Shown piece by piece: positions 10,062-19,612 of a stretch of 64,000 bases of DNA (positions are counted from its first letter, which is position 1; each line of letters begins with the position of its first letter). The notes under the pieces were generated by a model that saw only the letters and a list, made by a program, of their open reading frames with translations, ran no database searches and had not been told where the DNA came from. A program made the position numbers and the translations under genes. The DNA comes from Bacillota bacterium (GTDB lineage: Bacteria; Bacillota; Sulfobacillia; DUMF01), in the NCBI GenBank assembly GCA_012840015.1, contig DUMF01000026.1, forward strand, positions 21,176 through 85,175, given 5' to 3'.

Positions 10062-10751
10062 CTAGTTATCTGCTAAATCATTAGCATTAAGTTCAAGGTC
10101 TTGCAAGGTGAAATTATTTAAAGCGTAGGTTACGTCTACCGGCTTATCTCCTCTCACCTCATAAACGTGCCCGTTAATATCGCGGCGGAAAGAGCAATGG
10201 AGTCTTTCGTTGCTGTCTTTCTTCCTTCCCTCCAAGAGCTTTGCCATCTGTTTCCGGGAGAAAAGTAGGAAATATGGCTCGGCATCGTTTATGGCAAAAA
10301 GGAAATAGTCAAGCTTATTAATGTCCTCCTCAAAGATTGCACTCCAAGAAGCATGCTTAAGGTTGGCGTAAACCTTGCTGAAGTAGAAGTTAATTTTCTG
10401 GACCATATACCCCTTTTCAACGATGATGTCTGCATCCTCGGATCTGCTGCCCCTGCGGGCCACGACATTTTCGTTGTTTTCAATAAGCAACCTTATTGCT
10501 TTTTCCAGGGCTTCGCTGCGAGACATTGAGCCAAGGAAGACCTGTTCCTCAACTTCATTCTTTTTATCGCCATCTTTTTGGGTGGCAGGCAGGTAGCCGA
10601 TCAGGTCTGCAACTGTATCATCAAGTTCAGAAAAAACAATGTCATCGAGACCTGTTTTTTGGGTTTCGTCTTCTGGTTTTTCAATCTTGATGGCCAACCT
10701 TCCGGTGATATTGATACTTACAATGACTTCTCTTTCTTTGCTCACCGCCAT
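10062..10751 (-). CDS. Hypothetical protein (unknown family) in AT-rich cassette
   Basis: 229-aa ORF with an acidic N-terminal half and a C-terminal half containing DYFLFAINDAEPYFLLFSRKQ. No family recognised. Codon and GC usage differ from the flanking DNA. Confidence 0.5.
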   Translation of the reverse strand: MAVSKEREVIVSINITGRLAIKIEKPEDETQKTGLDDIVFSELDDTVADLIGYLPATQKDGDKKNEVEEQVFLGSMSRSEALEKAIRLLIENNENVVARRGSRSEDADIIVEKGYMVQKINFYFSKVYANLKHASWSAIFEEDINKLDYFLFAINDAEPYFLLFSRKQMAKLLEGRKKDSNERLHCSFRRDINGHVYEVRGDKPVDVTYALNNFTLQDLELNANDLADN

Positions 10752-11085
10752 GAGTTTACCTCCTTTTGGTTTAGTCTAATCCAATTGTACATGACAATCA
10801 TACGACTGTCAATCGTCCACCACATGGTGACCACCAAGATTTGCTTTTGAAAATAGAAACAGCCCTTCGCTTTTGCTTCCTGTACAAAACGGCCCCTTTT
10901 GCACAGAGAGCAGGAAATTCGCCCGACTTCCGCACTCTGACAACAGTTTTGGGCCTTTCTTGCCCCTTTTTGAAACCGCAAACCCTTGAGAGTTCTAGGG
11001 GTCATATTCGAAATGGCCAATGTAGTGACGACTGGTGTAGCTAGTGGGTATTGCGTTAGGCTCTGTGGTGTGTTAGCACAGTGGC

Positions 11086-11373
11086 ATGTACATCCGCAAA
11101 ACAGTCCGCAAGACCAAAGACGGCAAGGAGTACATCAACTACCTCCTGGTGGAATGTGTCTCGATTCCGAAGGGACCCAGGCAGCGCACAATCTGCTCTC
11201 TTGGGCCACTGGCCCCTGGTCCTGCCGAAGAATGGTGTGCGCTTGCCAAAAAGCTCGAATCTGCACTCTCCAGCCAGCTTTCCATTGTTGAAGAAGATGA
11301 TCCGCGGATTCGTGAGATAGTCGAGCGTGTGAAATCACGCAAGCACAGGTCACCAATGTCAACACCGGCTTAA
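11086..11373 (+). pseudogene. IS1634/IS4-like transposase, N-terminal 95 aa only (truncated by IS21 insertion)
   Basis: MYIRKTVRKTKDGKEYINYLLVECVSIPKGPRQRTICSLGPL resembles IS1634-family N-termini (MFIR.T..K..GK.Y....LVES...G). The ORF ends exactly at the IS21 left terminus. Confidence 0.5.
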
Positions 11374-11445
11374 AATTCCCCACTTTCAACGGAATGAAAT
11401 TCCCCAATTTCACCGGTGCAAATTCCACACCTCCCATTAGAAGCG

Positions 11446-12228
11446 TTAGCCGTGTTCACCTCCCTCCACAGCTGGGTGCGACGGCATTGGAACCCCAGCG
11501 CGAAGCTTGTCCTTGAGCCGGTAGCTCTGGCCGCGGATGTTGATGGTAACGGAGTGGTGTAGAAGGCGATCAAGCAAGGCGCTGGCTAAAATGGGATCGC
11601 CGAGCAGTTGTCCCCAGTTACCGTAGCTCACGTTGGAAGTGATGATGATCGACCCCTTCTCATACCTCTCTGCCACGACCCGGAAGATATGGGCCGCGTC
11701 CGCTGGCTCGATGGGCAGATACGTCATCTCGTCCAGTATGAGGAGCTTTGGCCGCGTATAGAGCTTCAGGCGCCTTTCAAACCGGTTCTCAAGGTAGGCC
11801 TTTCTTAGATCCGAAATCATTTCCTGGGCCGTGATGAAGTAGGTGCTGATGCGCCGCTTGACGGCTTCTATTCCCCAGAGCGACTGCAAGGTGCGTCTTC
11901 CCGACCCCGGGTGGGCCCAGAACCAGGATATTGGTGGCATTGTCAACGAAACCCAAGGTGGCCAGTTCCCTTACCTGGCGCTCGTCTATCGAGGGCTGAA
12001 ATGAAAAGTCGAACTCCCCGAGCGTGCAGCCAGCTTCATGAACGCAGTAGTATACCTCTGATAACGATATTCCATCTCCGCATCAAGCAAGCGGGCGATG
12101 AACTCGGTGTAGGTAAGCGATTCCCTTGCCGCTTCCTCGGCATGAGAAGGAAGCAAATCCGCCATTCGGTTAAGGCCTAGCTCACGCAGCAAGGCATCTG
12201 CTCGGTCAAGCGCCATGGCTTCGTTCAT
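11446..12228 (-). pseudogene. istB: IS21 helper ATPase IstB, frameshifted between N-terminal and Walker-A regions
   Basis: N-terminal piece 12228-11986 (LRELGLNRMADLL...TYTEFIARLLDAEMEYR). C-terminal piece 11946-11446 starts at HPGSGRRT and has LILDEMTY and ASALLDRL. Confidence 0.7.
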
Positions 12229-13457
12229 CTGCCCATCACCAACCGCTCGTACACATCAAGCGGCCGAACCTCCACATCGGGCGCCAGCTGGTGCGCGTAG
12301 ACGGTCTGCCGGAACCGTGCGGAACCCATGGGAATACCGCGGTAGTGCCTGCGGTCCACGACCGTCCGGTAACGCCCTCTCATCACCTCGTGAGTGGCTA
12401 CCACTTGGCCGGCGTGTTCAACGGTCAGGACTCCCTTTTCGTTCTCCCTGACGAGCACTGTATGGCCTACCAGGTTCCAGGGAACGGAGTAACGGTTCGA
12501 GTACCAGGAGATAAAGCAGTCTAAAGATACCCGCCGGGGTTCGATTTCCTCCAGTAAGAATCGTCCGCCCGGCAGGGGTTGCAGGTTCTCCTCCTGCCAC
12601 CTTTTTAAAGGGACCTCGTGGGTGGTGCCATGCACTCTCACGTTGGCCACTGCATCCCGCCAGGCCAAGGCCTGCCGGTTGAGATCATCTATGTCGGTGA
12701 AGTTCACCGGCCAGAAGCTATCTCGTATGTAGCGAATGGGTCGCTCGATCTTTCCTTTCGTCCGACTGCGGTAGGGACGGCAGGCCCGGGGAGTGAAGCC
12801 GTAGTGCTCGCAGAAGCGGAGGTACCCAGGCTGCCAATTGACTCCGTCCTCGTCGCGGGAAAGCACAAGGCTTGAGCAGTTGTCGCTAAGCGCTTCCACA
12901 GGGACACCTCCGAAGAACTCCAGAGCGTTGCGCAGTCCACGTAGTATATTCAATTGATCTGACCTTGGGATGAATTCTACGTAAAGCATGCGGGAGTAAC
13001 AGAGAGTCATGGCGAAACAATACACCGTGGACACCGTATTGTTTGCGTCAAGATACTTGAACATCCCTAAGTCGAGCTGGGCCTGCTGGCCGGGCGGAGT
13101 CTCGAACCTGCAGGTAGCTTTCCCTGCAAGTGGTGGACGGTAAGGTCTCATGAAGTCGCGCAGGATGGTGATCCCGCCCTGGTAGCCACGTTCGCGTATT
13201 TCTCGCAGCAGTCGGGCGGCGTTAAAGACTCCGGCCTCCATGCGCTCGAGGAGGTAGTCCTTGTGAGCATCCAGTTTGCTACCTCTTCTTGCTCCCTGCG
13301 CTTCACCTGGGACCCGCCTGAACGCTTCGTCGGTAACTACCTTCCTGATCGTCTTGCGGTCATGTCCGGTGCGCCGTGCCAGTTCGCTGATACTAACTCT
13401 CTCACGATACGCTTTTCTGATGTCCAACATTTCCTCACCCCTTAGCATTCTGGGCAC
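12225..13457 (-). CDS. istA: IS21 transposase IstA
   Basis: 410 aa with an N-terminal HTH (ISELARRTGHDRKTIRKV) and a DDE region. Adjacent to istB. Confidence 0.85.
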   Translation of the reverse strand: MPRMLRGEEMLDIRKAYRERVSISELARRTGHDRKTIRKVVTDEAFRRVPGEAQGARRGSKLDAHKDYLLERMEAGVFNAARLLREIRERGYQGGITILRDFMRPYRPPLAGKATCRFETPPGQQAQLDLGMFKYLDANNTVSTVYCFAMTLCYSRMLYVEFIPRSDQLNILRGLRNALEFFGGVPVEALSDNCSSLVLSRDEDGVNWQPGYLRFCEHYGFTPRACRPYRSRTKGKIERPIRYIRDSFWPVNFTDIDDLNRQALAWRDAVANVRVHGTTHEVPLKRWQEENLQPLPGGRFLLEEIEPRRVSLDCFISWYSNRYSVPWNLVGHTVLVRENEKGVLTVEHAGQVVATHEVMRGRYRTVVDRRHYRGIPMGSARFRQTVYAHQLAPDVEVRPLDVYERLVMGR

Positions 13458-14052
13458 CTCCGATCGCCAGTCTTCGGTGCCCTGATTCGCCAGGGGGGAA
13501 TTCTTTCTGTTGATTTTGAGGAATTCTCAACCGTTATTTTTGTAGACATGATAAAAGCGCAAGCCCGCCGAATTGAGGTGTGAGCGGTTTAGATGGGGTG
13601 CGGGTGGGGCAGCCGAAAAATCCCCTGGGACGTGTGAGCCCGAGTTTTTGTATGGCTGCCCCCAACGACCCGCCCAATTGGGACGAAGCTCCCGGATAGG
13701 TGAGTGTCGCAGCTTCTCCGCCTGCGCCCAAAGCAATTGTTTGCGGGGATTTTATCACCGTTGCTAACATCCTCGCGCTGTTAAATTGGAATCCCGAAGC
13801 AGTAAACCCAACTTTGACAGCGAACCAGTAAAATTAAGGGGTCTGTAGAGACGATTTTCACTATGGCCCCTCAGGAGGTGCCATTTCTGCAGAACACCTT
13901 GGGTGGCAAGGAAGCTTGAAGTCTTTCCATGGATCTGCTTCTGAGCTGGTCCGGGTTCAGTTATGGTGTAGAACCTGCGGTTTACTCCTGATCCACTGCC
14001 TTGATTCTGTCTAGCTCTTCGAAGATGCGTCAGCCGCTCAGGTGAGAAGCCT

Positions 14053-14470
14053 TTAGTTCGCGACGTTTCGCTTCCAGGTGCTCCCTGGGTGGTAAGCGAG
14101 ACGCTTCATACATCTCGGCTTCGATGTGGTAGCGGTGCAGCACGTAAAGCCACTGTTCGAAAAGTAAGCCAGCACGCAGATAAGGACGCGACCGCGCACA
14201 CGTGTTTGGTTGTAGTGGTAGATGAGCCGGAGGCGGATGAAGTCTTTGATCTCACGGAAAGCATTTTCGACCTGTAGGAGGTTCTTGTGGCCGGTCACCA
14301 CCGCTTCAGGTTCAAGGTCGCTGTTCGTCTTTACGAGAAACTTCCCGTCTCGGAGGCTCTCCTCTGCGATAGCAGCTTCGTTACGCTGGAAGCCGAGTGT
14401 ACCTTGGCCATCGTAAACAACATCGAATAACAGTGTTATGCCTTTCTTCTCTAGGATCCTGGCTAGCTTA
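14053..14470 (-). pseudogene. IS4/IS1634-like (DDE_Tnp_1) transposase C-terminal fragment
   Basis: LLQVENAFREIKDFIRLRLIYHY...RVLICVLAY matches the conserved C-terminus (W.VE..FR.LK..L.LRPIYH....RI.GH.FICFLAL). The frame opens after a TAA. Upstream frames are broken. Confidence 0.5.
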
Positions 14471-15547
14471 CGGCAATGCCTTTGGGGGTGAGCTTACGTC
14501 CGTGCCCGGGCGTCTTGTTTTCAGCTGCACTTCGAGACCTTTTAGTTCTTCTTCCACCTCTTTGAGCGCTTCTCCCCCGAAGGTAGGGGCATCCTCAGCC
14601 TCAGCCGCGTTACAATAGAGAATATAGCGGATTTTTGGTTGCGTCCCTGGTTTTCGCTCCTCGCCCGGAACATCAGTTGCACAACTTCCTTGTAGAGGAG
14701 GGAACCTCCTTCGCCAGTACGACTGTAGGTTGGTACTATTCAGCGCTCCAACTATTCGCCACGCATCAGGTCCGATTTCGCTTGCACTTATACGGTCCTT
14801 TCACTTTTCGTGAACCTGACGAGTTCTCCTGAGCTCACGTAATCATCTTCCATTCCGTGCCGTCCGCAAACATCTTGGTACGATGGGGCTGATGCACAGT
14901 GCCTTCGCCTCCGCAGTGCACGCTAGACCTTTCCCCATCTTTGGCCGACCGGTTCGTCTCGTTGACTACGGTCCGGAATCTCCCCGCATGCCCCTGGGAT
15001 TCTCCATCACGAGAGACACCCTGCCTGCCCTGGCTGCCTCACGCGGGCGAGGCATTACTCCCGACTTTGGATACGGCGCCCCGCATCCGAGCACCAGCGG
15101 GACTTTACCCCACCTGATGATTACGCTGCTCAGCCCACGCTACGGACTCGTCTGCCGCCCTGCACCACGTCTTCTCTCCCTTGCCTCTCAGTTTTTTGAG
15201 AGCTTACCAAGTTTACTTGGATGATACAGCGTTTCCCCAGTTAAGCCTGCCTGAACATGAACCCGTGCGTCCGAACTCCCCAGGTTATCCAGCCCTCGGG
15301 CTTTCCCACTCTATGCAAGGTTATCCACCTGTAGAGCCAACCTCGGTTCGCTTAGCGGTACGTTCCGTGTCCTTTCTTCGGCTTCCTTCAGACCCTGCCG
15401 TTACCTGCGGCGCCCTTGCCTACCGATTGTTTTCCCGCTGGTCAGGTGACAGGGTTTCTTTCAACCCATCGGCTCAGCAGACATGCTGGGCAAACACAAA
15501 AGCGCGGGAAGTTTCCCGCGCCTTCAGCAGTAAAGCCGCACCAAGCA
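14471..15547. other. About 1.1 kb with no coherent ORF on either strand; plus strand C-rich (unassigned)
   Basis: All six frames give only short low-complexity ORFs. There is strong C-over-G bias on the plus strand. No rRNA or group II intron signature was recognised. Confidence 0.3.
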
Positions 15548-16489
15548 TCAGCCGGGCTTCTCCGCGTAGCACCTCACAGTGTTGGATCGCAGTTTTCTCC
15601 CCAGAATGCTTTCGGCTCTCAGACCAACAGCCATCAGTTTGTTCAAGTCAATCCCGGTTTTGACCCCCATTTGCTCGAACAACCATACGAGATCTTCAGT
15701 GCAGGTGTTTCCGGCGTAGCCATAATGGTAGAGAGGTGATCCCGTCGCTGGCTGGCCGCCAATCCCTCCCACTGAGCAGTCGAAGTAAATCATCCCTTCC
15801 TCGAGGGCAGCCACGTTATTGGCTATACCCGATCCCCTCGTATCGTGAAAATGCACGATCACTTGCTCTGGCTGAAAACCCTCTTCTCGAACTCGCGAGT
15901 AGAATCTCTTGACCTGCTTGGGGTTTGCCATTCCGGTGGTGTCGCCGAAGCCAACCCAGGTGGCCCCTTGCGACAACCACCAGTGGCCAAACCAAAGCAC
16001 TTTCTCCATGGGAACCTCTCCCGTTATGGGACAGCCGAAGGACGTAAGCACCCAGCCGAGAATTTTGAAGCCATTGGCGAGAGCCATCTTGCACATACTC
16101 TCCAGCTGGAGCAGGTTCTCCTTATGGGTCATGTTTACGTTGGCGATGTTATGAGCCTCGCTAGCAGAAATAACCATGGCTATTTCGTCGATCTTGAGCC
16201 CCTTTTGCTTGGCCGCCACAGCCCGTTCCATCCCTTTCAGGTTGGTCACTATGGCCCGAAAGTTTACCCCTGGCTTTTGCTGAATACTTGAAAGCACTTC
16301 TTCAGCGTCCGCGAACTGGGGCAAGGTTTTGGGGCTCGCGAAACTGGTTACTTCGATTTCCTTGAACCCTGCATCCTGAAGAGCGTCTATCATCTCAACC
16401 TTCAGTTTGGTCGGGACGATGAGTCTTTCGTTTTGCAGGCCGTCCCTCGCCCAGCACTCCCCTATTATAACCCTTCTCGGTTCCATCAT
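15548..16489 (-). CDS. HMG-CoA lyase-family (DRE-TIM) protein
   Basis: Contains GECWARDGLQN and HFHDTRGSGIANNVAALEEG (HMGL signature H.HDT.G...AN). Confidence 0.75.
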   Translation of the reverse strand: MMEPRRVIIGECWARDGLQNERLIVPTKLKVEMIDALQDAGFKEIEVTSFASPKTLPQFADAEEVLSSIQQKPGVNFRAIVTNLKGMERAVAAKQKGLKIDEIAMVISASEAHNIANVNMTHKENLLQLESMCKMALANGFKILGWVLTSFGCPITGEVPMEKVLWFGHWWLSQGATWVGFGDTTGMANPKQVKRFYSRVREEGFQPEQVIVHFHDTRGSGIANNVAALEEGMIYFDCSVGGIGGQPATGSPLYHYGYAGNTCTEDLVWLFEQMGVKTGIDLNKLMAVGLRAESILGRKLRSNTVRCYAEKPG

Positions 16490-16511
16490 GCCGCAGACCC
16501 CCTGGCACGAT

Positions 16512-17771
16512 TCAGGACATTTCCCGGATCAGTTCCCGAGCGTAATCGATCCGGATTTTCCCCGCTCTCACCATCGCTTCAGCCACCTTATCAACTAGTT
16601 CCCCGGTGGCGCCAGCCGTCACCGCCACGTTTCTTGCATGAAGAGCCATGTGCCCTCTTTGTATGCCTTCCGTAGCCAGCACTCTCAGAGCAGCCAGGTT
16701 TTGGGCCAGTCCAACCGCAGCGAGCACCTCCCCTAGCTCGCCGGCCGTCTCGCATCCGAGTATCTTGACCGCAATCTTAGCTACCGGATGTACCTTTGTG
16801 GCTCCGCCGATCAGCCCAACTGCCACAGGCAACTCGATGCTACCCGTAAGGTTCCCATCTTTGTCCTTCTCCCACCGGGTGAGCGGACCATAATGCCCCG
16901 TCCTGGCGGCATATGAGTGGGCTCCGGCTTCTATGGCCCTGGTGTCGTTGCCGGTAGCGAGGACGACAGCCGTCACCCCGTTCATCACACCCTTATTATG
17001 GGTTGCTGCTCTGTATGGGTCCGCGGCGGCAAACTGGTACGCCAGGACGATTCCGTCCACCACCTCTTCCCCTCCCAGAGACTCTTTGGGCACCACGGTA
17101 CGTGCTCTGGCAACCCGCCTGTCTGCCAGATTCGATAGAATTCTCAGGCAGACCCTCCCACCGGTTATTCTCTCGATAGTCGGCGCCAGCGCCTCTGCCA
17201 TGGTGTTGACCGCATTGGCACCCATAGCGTCCCTCACGTCGACGAGAAGATGGGTCACCACCATCTTTCCGCACTCTGCCTCTATCACCCGGACTTCGAT
17301 ATCCCTGGCTCCTCCGCCGAGCTCCACCAGCACCGGGTCTTTTTGGTTTGCCAACTCCAAGATCTCGTCTCGAGCTTCAAGGAGTCTCAGCCTAGCAGCC
17401 GCCGGATCGATCACGTTTACGGCCTGAATTTGGGCGATCATTATCGGGCCCGTACTGCTTGTGAAGAAGCCGCCGCCATCCCTGGCCAACTTTGCCGCAT
17501 GACTACAAGCAGCTACCACCGAAGGCTCCTCTACCACCATAGGTATCAGGTAGTCCTTTTGGTTGATGAGGAAGTTCACCGCAATCCCGAGGGGCAGCTG
17601 GAACGTTCCGATAACGTTCTCGATCATCCGGTCGGCAGCGTCGAGGCTCAACGCCCCCGGGGCCTTGAGCGCAGATACTTCGTCGTCAGTGAGTGACGCG
17701 AATTCTTTGACGAATTTCAACCGTTCATCCACACTCAGTTTGTAGAAACCGCTCACCTTTGAGCTGGCCAT
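16512..17771 (-). CDS. Class II (degradative-type) HMG-CoA reductase
   Basis: Contains ENVIGTFQLPLGIA, DAMGAN and GTVGG-like motifs of class II HMGR. AGGAGGG RBS precedes the MASSK start. Confidence 0.85.
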   Translation of the reverse strand: MASSKVSGFYKLSVDERLKFVKEFASLTDDEVSALKAPGALSLDAADRMIENVIGTFQLPLGIAVNFLINQKDYLIPMVVEEPSVVAACSHAAKLARDGGGFFTSSTGPIMIAQIQAVNVIDPAAARLRLLEARDEILELANQKDPVLVELGGGARDIEVRVIEAECGKMVVTHLLVDVRDAMGANAVNTMAEALAPTIERITGGRVCLRILSNLADRRVARARTVVPKESLGGEEVVDGIVLAYQFAAADPYRAATHNKGVMNGVTAVVLATGNDTRAIEAGAHSYAARTGHYGPLTRWEKDKDGNLTGSIELPVAVGLIGGATKVHPVAKIAVKILGCETAGELGEVLAAVGLAQNLAALRVLATEGIQRGHMALHARNVAVTAGATGELVDKVAEAMVRAGKIRIDYARELIREMS

Positions 17772-17782
17772 TTGCATCCCTC

Positions 17783-19144
17783 CTATTTGGTCACCAACCG
17801 CAGGATCTGTGATACTATCCACCCGGAAGCGTAATATCCCATGAACTGGACTCCCGTGTGGATATCAAAGTAGTTGTGCAGGATGCCACCGAACAGAGCT
17901 ATGGTCAGAGCAACCGCCACCCCTACTATTCCCGCTTCATAATAGGCCAACATGATGATCAGCCCTACGAACGAACCGATCAGCGCTTCATGGCTTACCA
18001 GTTTGAACAGAAGCTCTGTGCCCTTGCGCGCGTACTTTATCGCCACCGGGTAAGCGATTAAAGCGCCGCCAATCATTCCAATATACCCGAACACGATGTA
18101 CTGCCACGGCGCCAAGTAATTGTGAAGGTTGTGTATCGGGTTTACAGTGAACCTAGGTGGTGCATTGAACAGCGGAGCTGCAGGACCCAGCCCCATGGGA
18201 CTCAGTGGTAAGCCGAAGGCCAGTAAAGGCACGATGACCTCTCCAAGATAAGTCGCATTGCTCACCGCGTCCATGACCGCAATGGTGGTTGTGGATCTGT
18301 CGTACACCTCTTTGCACCGCGCACCGAATATTTCTCCTAACAGTACCGTCATTCCGGCTGGAGAAAAGGTAAAGGTGCATGCCGACAATGCCGAAGCAAT
18401 TGACACGAAAATGTTTTGTTTCTTCGTGAGGATTTTGAACGGGTTTGGGAATAAACCAGAGTACTTTTGGATTTCCGGGGCGAGCCATACTTCGTTCATA
18501 GAGTGCCGCATCTGTTTGGCCCGTATCTTGGGTATAGTGGTGTTGAAGACCTCGGCCACCATGGGGCCCACGGTTATACCCATGAATATCGAGATGAAGA
18601 GGGTTTTGTTTACACTGGCCTGTGCCACTTTCTGAAGTCCCTGGATCAGGAAAGAGTAAGGTATTATAGCTAGAACCGCTCCCCACTTGGCTTTGGACAT
18701 CAAAGCGAGTATGACAGCCCCAACAGTGAACAAAAACGGGGCATACGGTGCGATCTGCTTGCCGAACGGAGCCAAAGCAATTCCAAACGCTGTAGCGACA
18801 GGAATTGCAATGATGCTACCGATTAGCGAACCGGCAGCCATTTTTCTCATGGCCATGTGCGGGGCGCCCAGGCGCTTCGCGATTGAACAACCGAACACCA
18901 TGGGGACCGCCATAGTGCTGCCGGGAAGCGCCGCCATTGCTGTCGGAATGGTATGAGAGATTTGCATAGCCGTGGCTATGCCTATGAACCATGAGAATAT
19001 CACCACCGGAGAAGCGCCCAGAAGAACCAGCACCAGAGTGAGCGGTACCATAGTGGCGGTTTCGTCGGTACCGGGGACAATCCCGATGATGGTAAAAATC
19101 ACTCCGCCGACGATCGCCGCGACGAACGAAAGTAAGATCTCCAT
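17783..19144 (-). CDS. TctA-like (DUF112) large transporter subunit
   Basis: 453-aa polytopic protein. It has the repeated P-G-x-G glycine-rich segments typical of tripartite tricarboxylate transporter TctA. Confidence 0.55.
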   Translation of the reverse strand: MEILLSFVAAIVGGVIFTIIGIVPGTDETATMVPLTLVLVLLGASPVVIFSWFIGIATAMQISHTIPTAMAALPGSTMAVPMVFGCSIAKRLGAPHMAMRKMAAGSLIGSIIAIPVATAFGIALAPFGKQIAPYAPFLFTVGAVILALMSKAKWGAVLAIIPYSFLIQGLQKVAQASVNKTLFISIFMGITVGPMVAEVFNTTIPKIRAKQMRHSMNEVWLAPEIQKYSGLFPNPFKILTKKQNIFVSIASALSACTFTFSPAGMTVLLGEIFGARCKEVYDRSTTTIAVMDAVSNATYLGEVIVPLLAFGLPLSPMGLGPAAPLFNAPPRFTVNPIHNLHNYLAPWQYIVFGYIGMIGGALIAYPVAIKYARKGTELLFKLVSHEALIGSFVGLIIMLAYYEAGIVGVAVALTIALFGGILHNYFDIHTGVQFMGYYASGWIVSQILRLVTK

Positions 19145-19151
19145 GGCGTCT

Positions 19152-19568
19152 TCACCCCCTTACGTTTCCTGAAAGGAAGTCCTTCAACCCCAGTTCAGAA
19201 AGCTCCGTAGCCGTCTGTGCATCGATGGACTCGAGAGCCTGTCGTTCTTCCTCAAGTGTCATGCCCGCCGCGTTCAAAATCTCAGGTAATTCGGCGTGCT
19301 CAGCTTTCTCCACTATCACGCGCTTAGGTTTGAAAAGGATCGCCGCCGTAACACAGCTGATGATGCACCCGACAACCCCAACCATCATGGCGTACCCCTT
19401 GGCCAGGTCGGGCTTTATGCCAGGATTCCGAGAAAAGAATGACAGACCAAACGAGTAGAAGGCCATGGTCAATACAACCCCCAATACGGTCGAGACAGCG
19501 AGGTGCTCTAATTTGACCGTATCGCCCCATACACTAGCGTATGGAAGTCGCTCTTCCTTCTGGCTCAC
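19152..19568 (-). CDS. Small membrane protein, possible TctB-like subunit
   Basis: About 139 aa with 3-4 hydrophobic helices, immediately upstream of the TctA-like gene. GTG start with AAAGGGGGAA RBS. The longer track ORF would begin inside the sigma54 promoter. Confidence 0.4.
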   Translation of the reverse strand: MSQKEERLPYASVWGDTVKLEHLAVSTVLGVVLTMAFYSFGLSFFSRNPGIKPDLAKGYAMMVGVVGCIISCVTAAILFKPKRVIVEKAEHAELPEILNAAGMTLEEERQALESIDAQTATELSELGLKDFLSGNVRG

Positions 19569-19596
19569 CCTGATTCCCCCTTTCACCATCGGATCG

Positions 19597-19612
19597 AGCA
19601 AAAACCGTACCA
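19597..19612 (-). promoter_or_regulatory. Sigma54 (-24/-12) promoter TGGTACGgtttTTGCT
   Basis: Reverse complement of 19597-19612 reads TGGTACGGTTTTTGCT. GG and GC have canonical spacing, 20-30 nt upstream of the transporter operon start and downstream of the sigma54 activator gene. Confidence 0.6.

Larger units (their letters stand above)
11372..13545 (-). mobile_element. IS21-family insertion sequence (istA intact, istB frameshifted)
   Basis: istA plus istB. Both ends carry repeated inward-facing GAATTCC(C/T)C motifs: left aaattccccactttcaacgg / gaaattccccaatttcaccgg, right ggggaattc / gaggaattctcaaccg. This multi-repeat terminal structure is typical of IS21. Confidence 0.7.

Noticed and set aside
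14471-15547. Group II intron or rRNA fragment
   Set aside because: No GTGCG 5' end, no domain V-like hairpin and no RT ORF. No match to remembered 16S/23S/5S terminal sequences. Left as unassigned.
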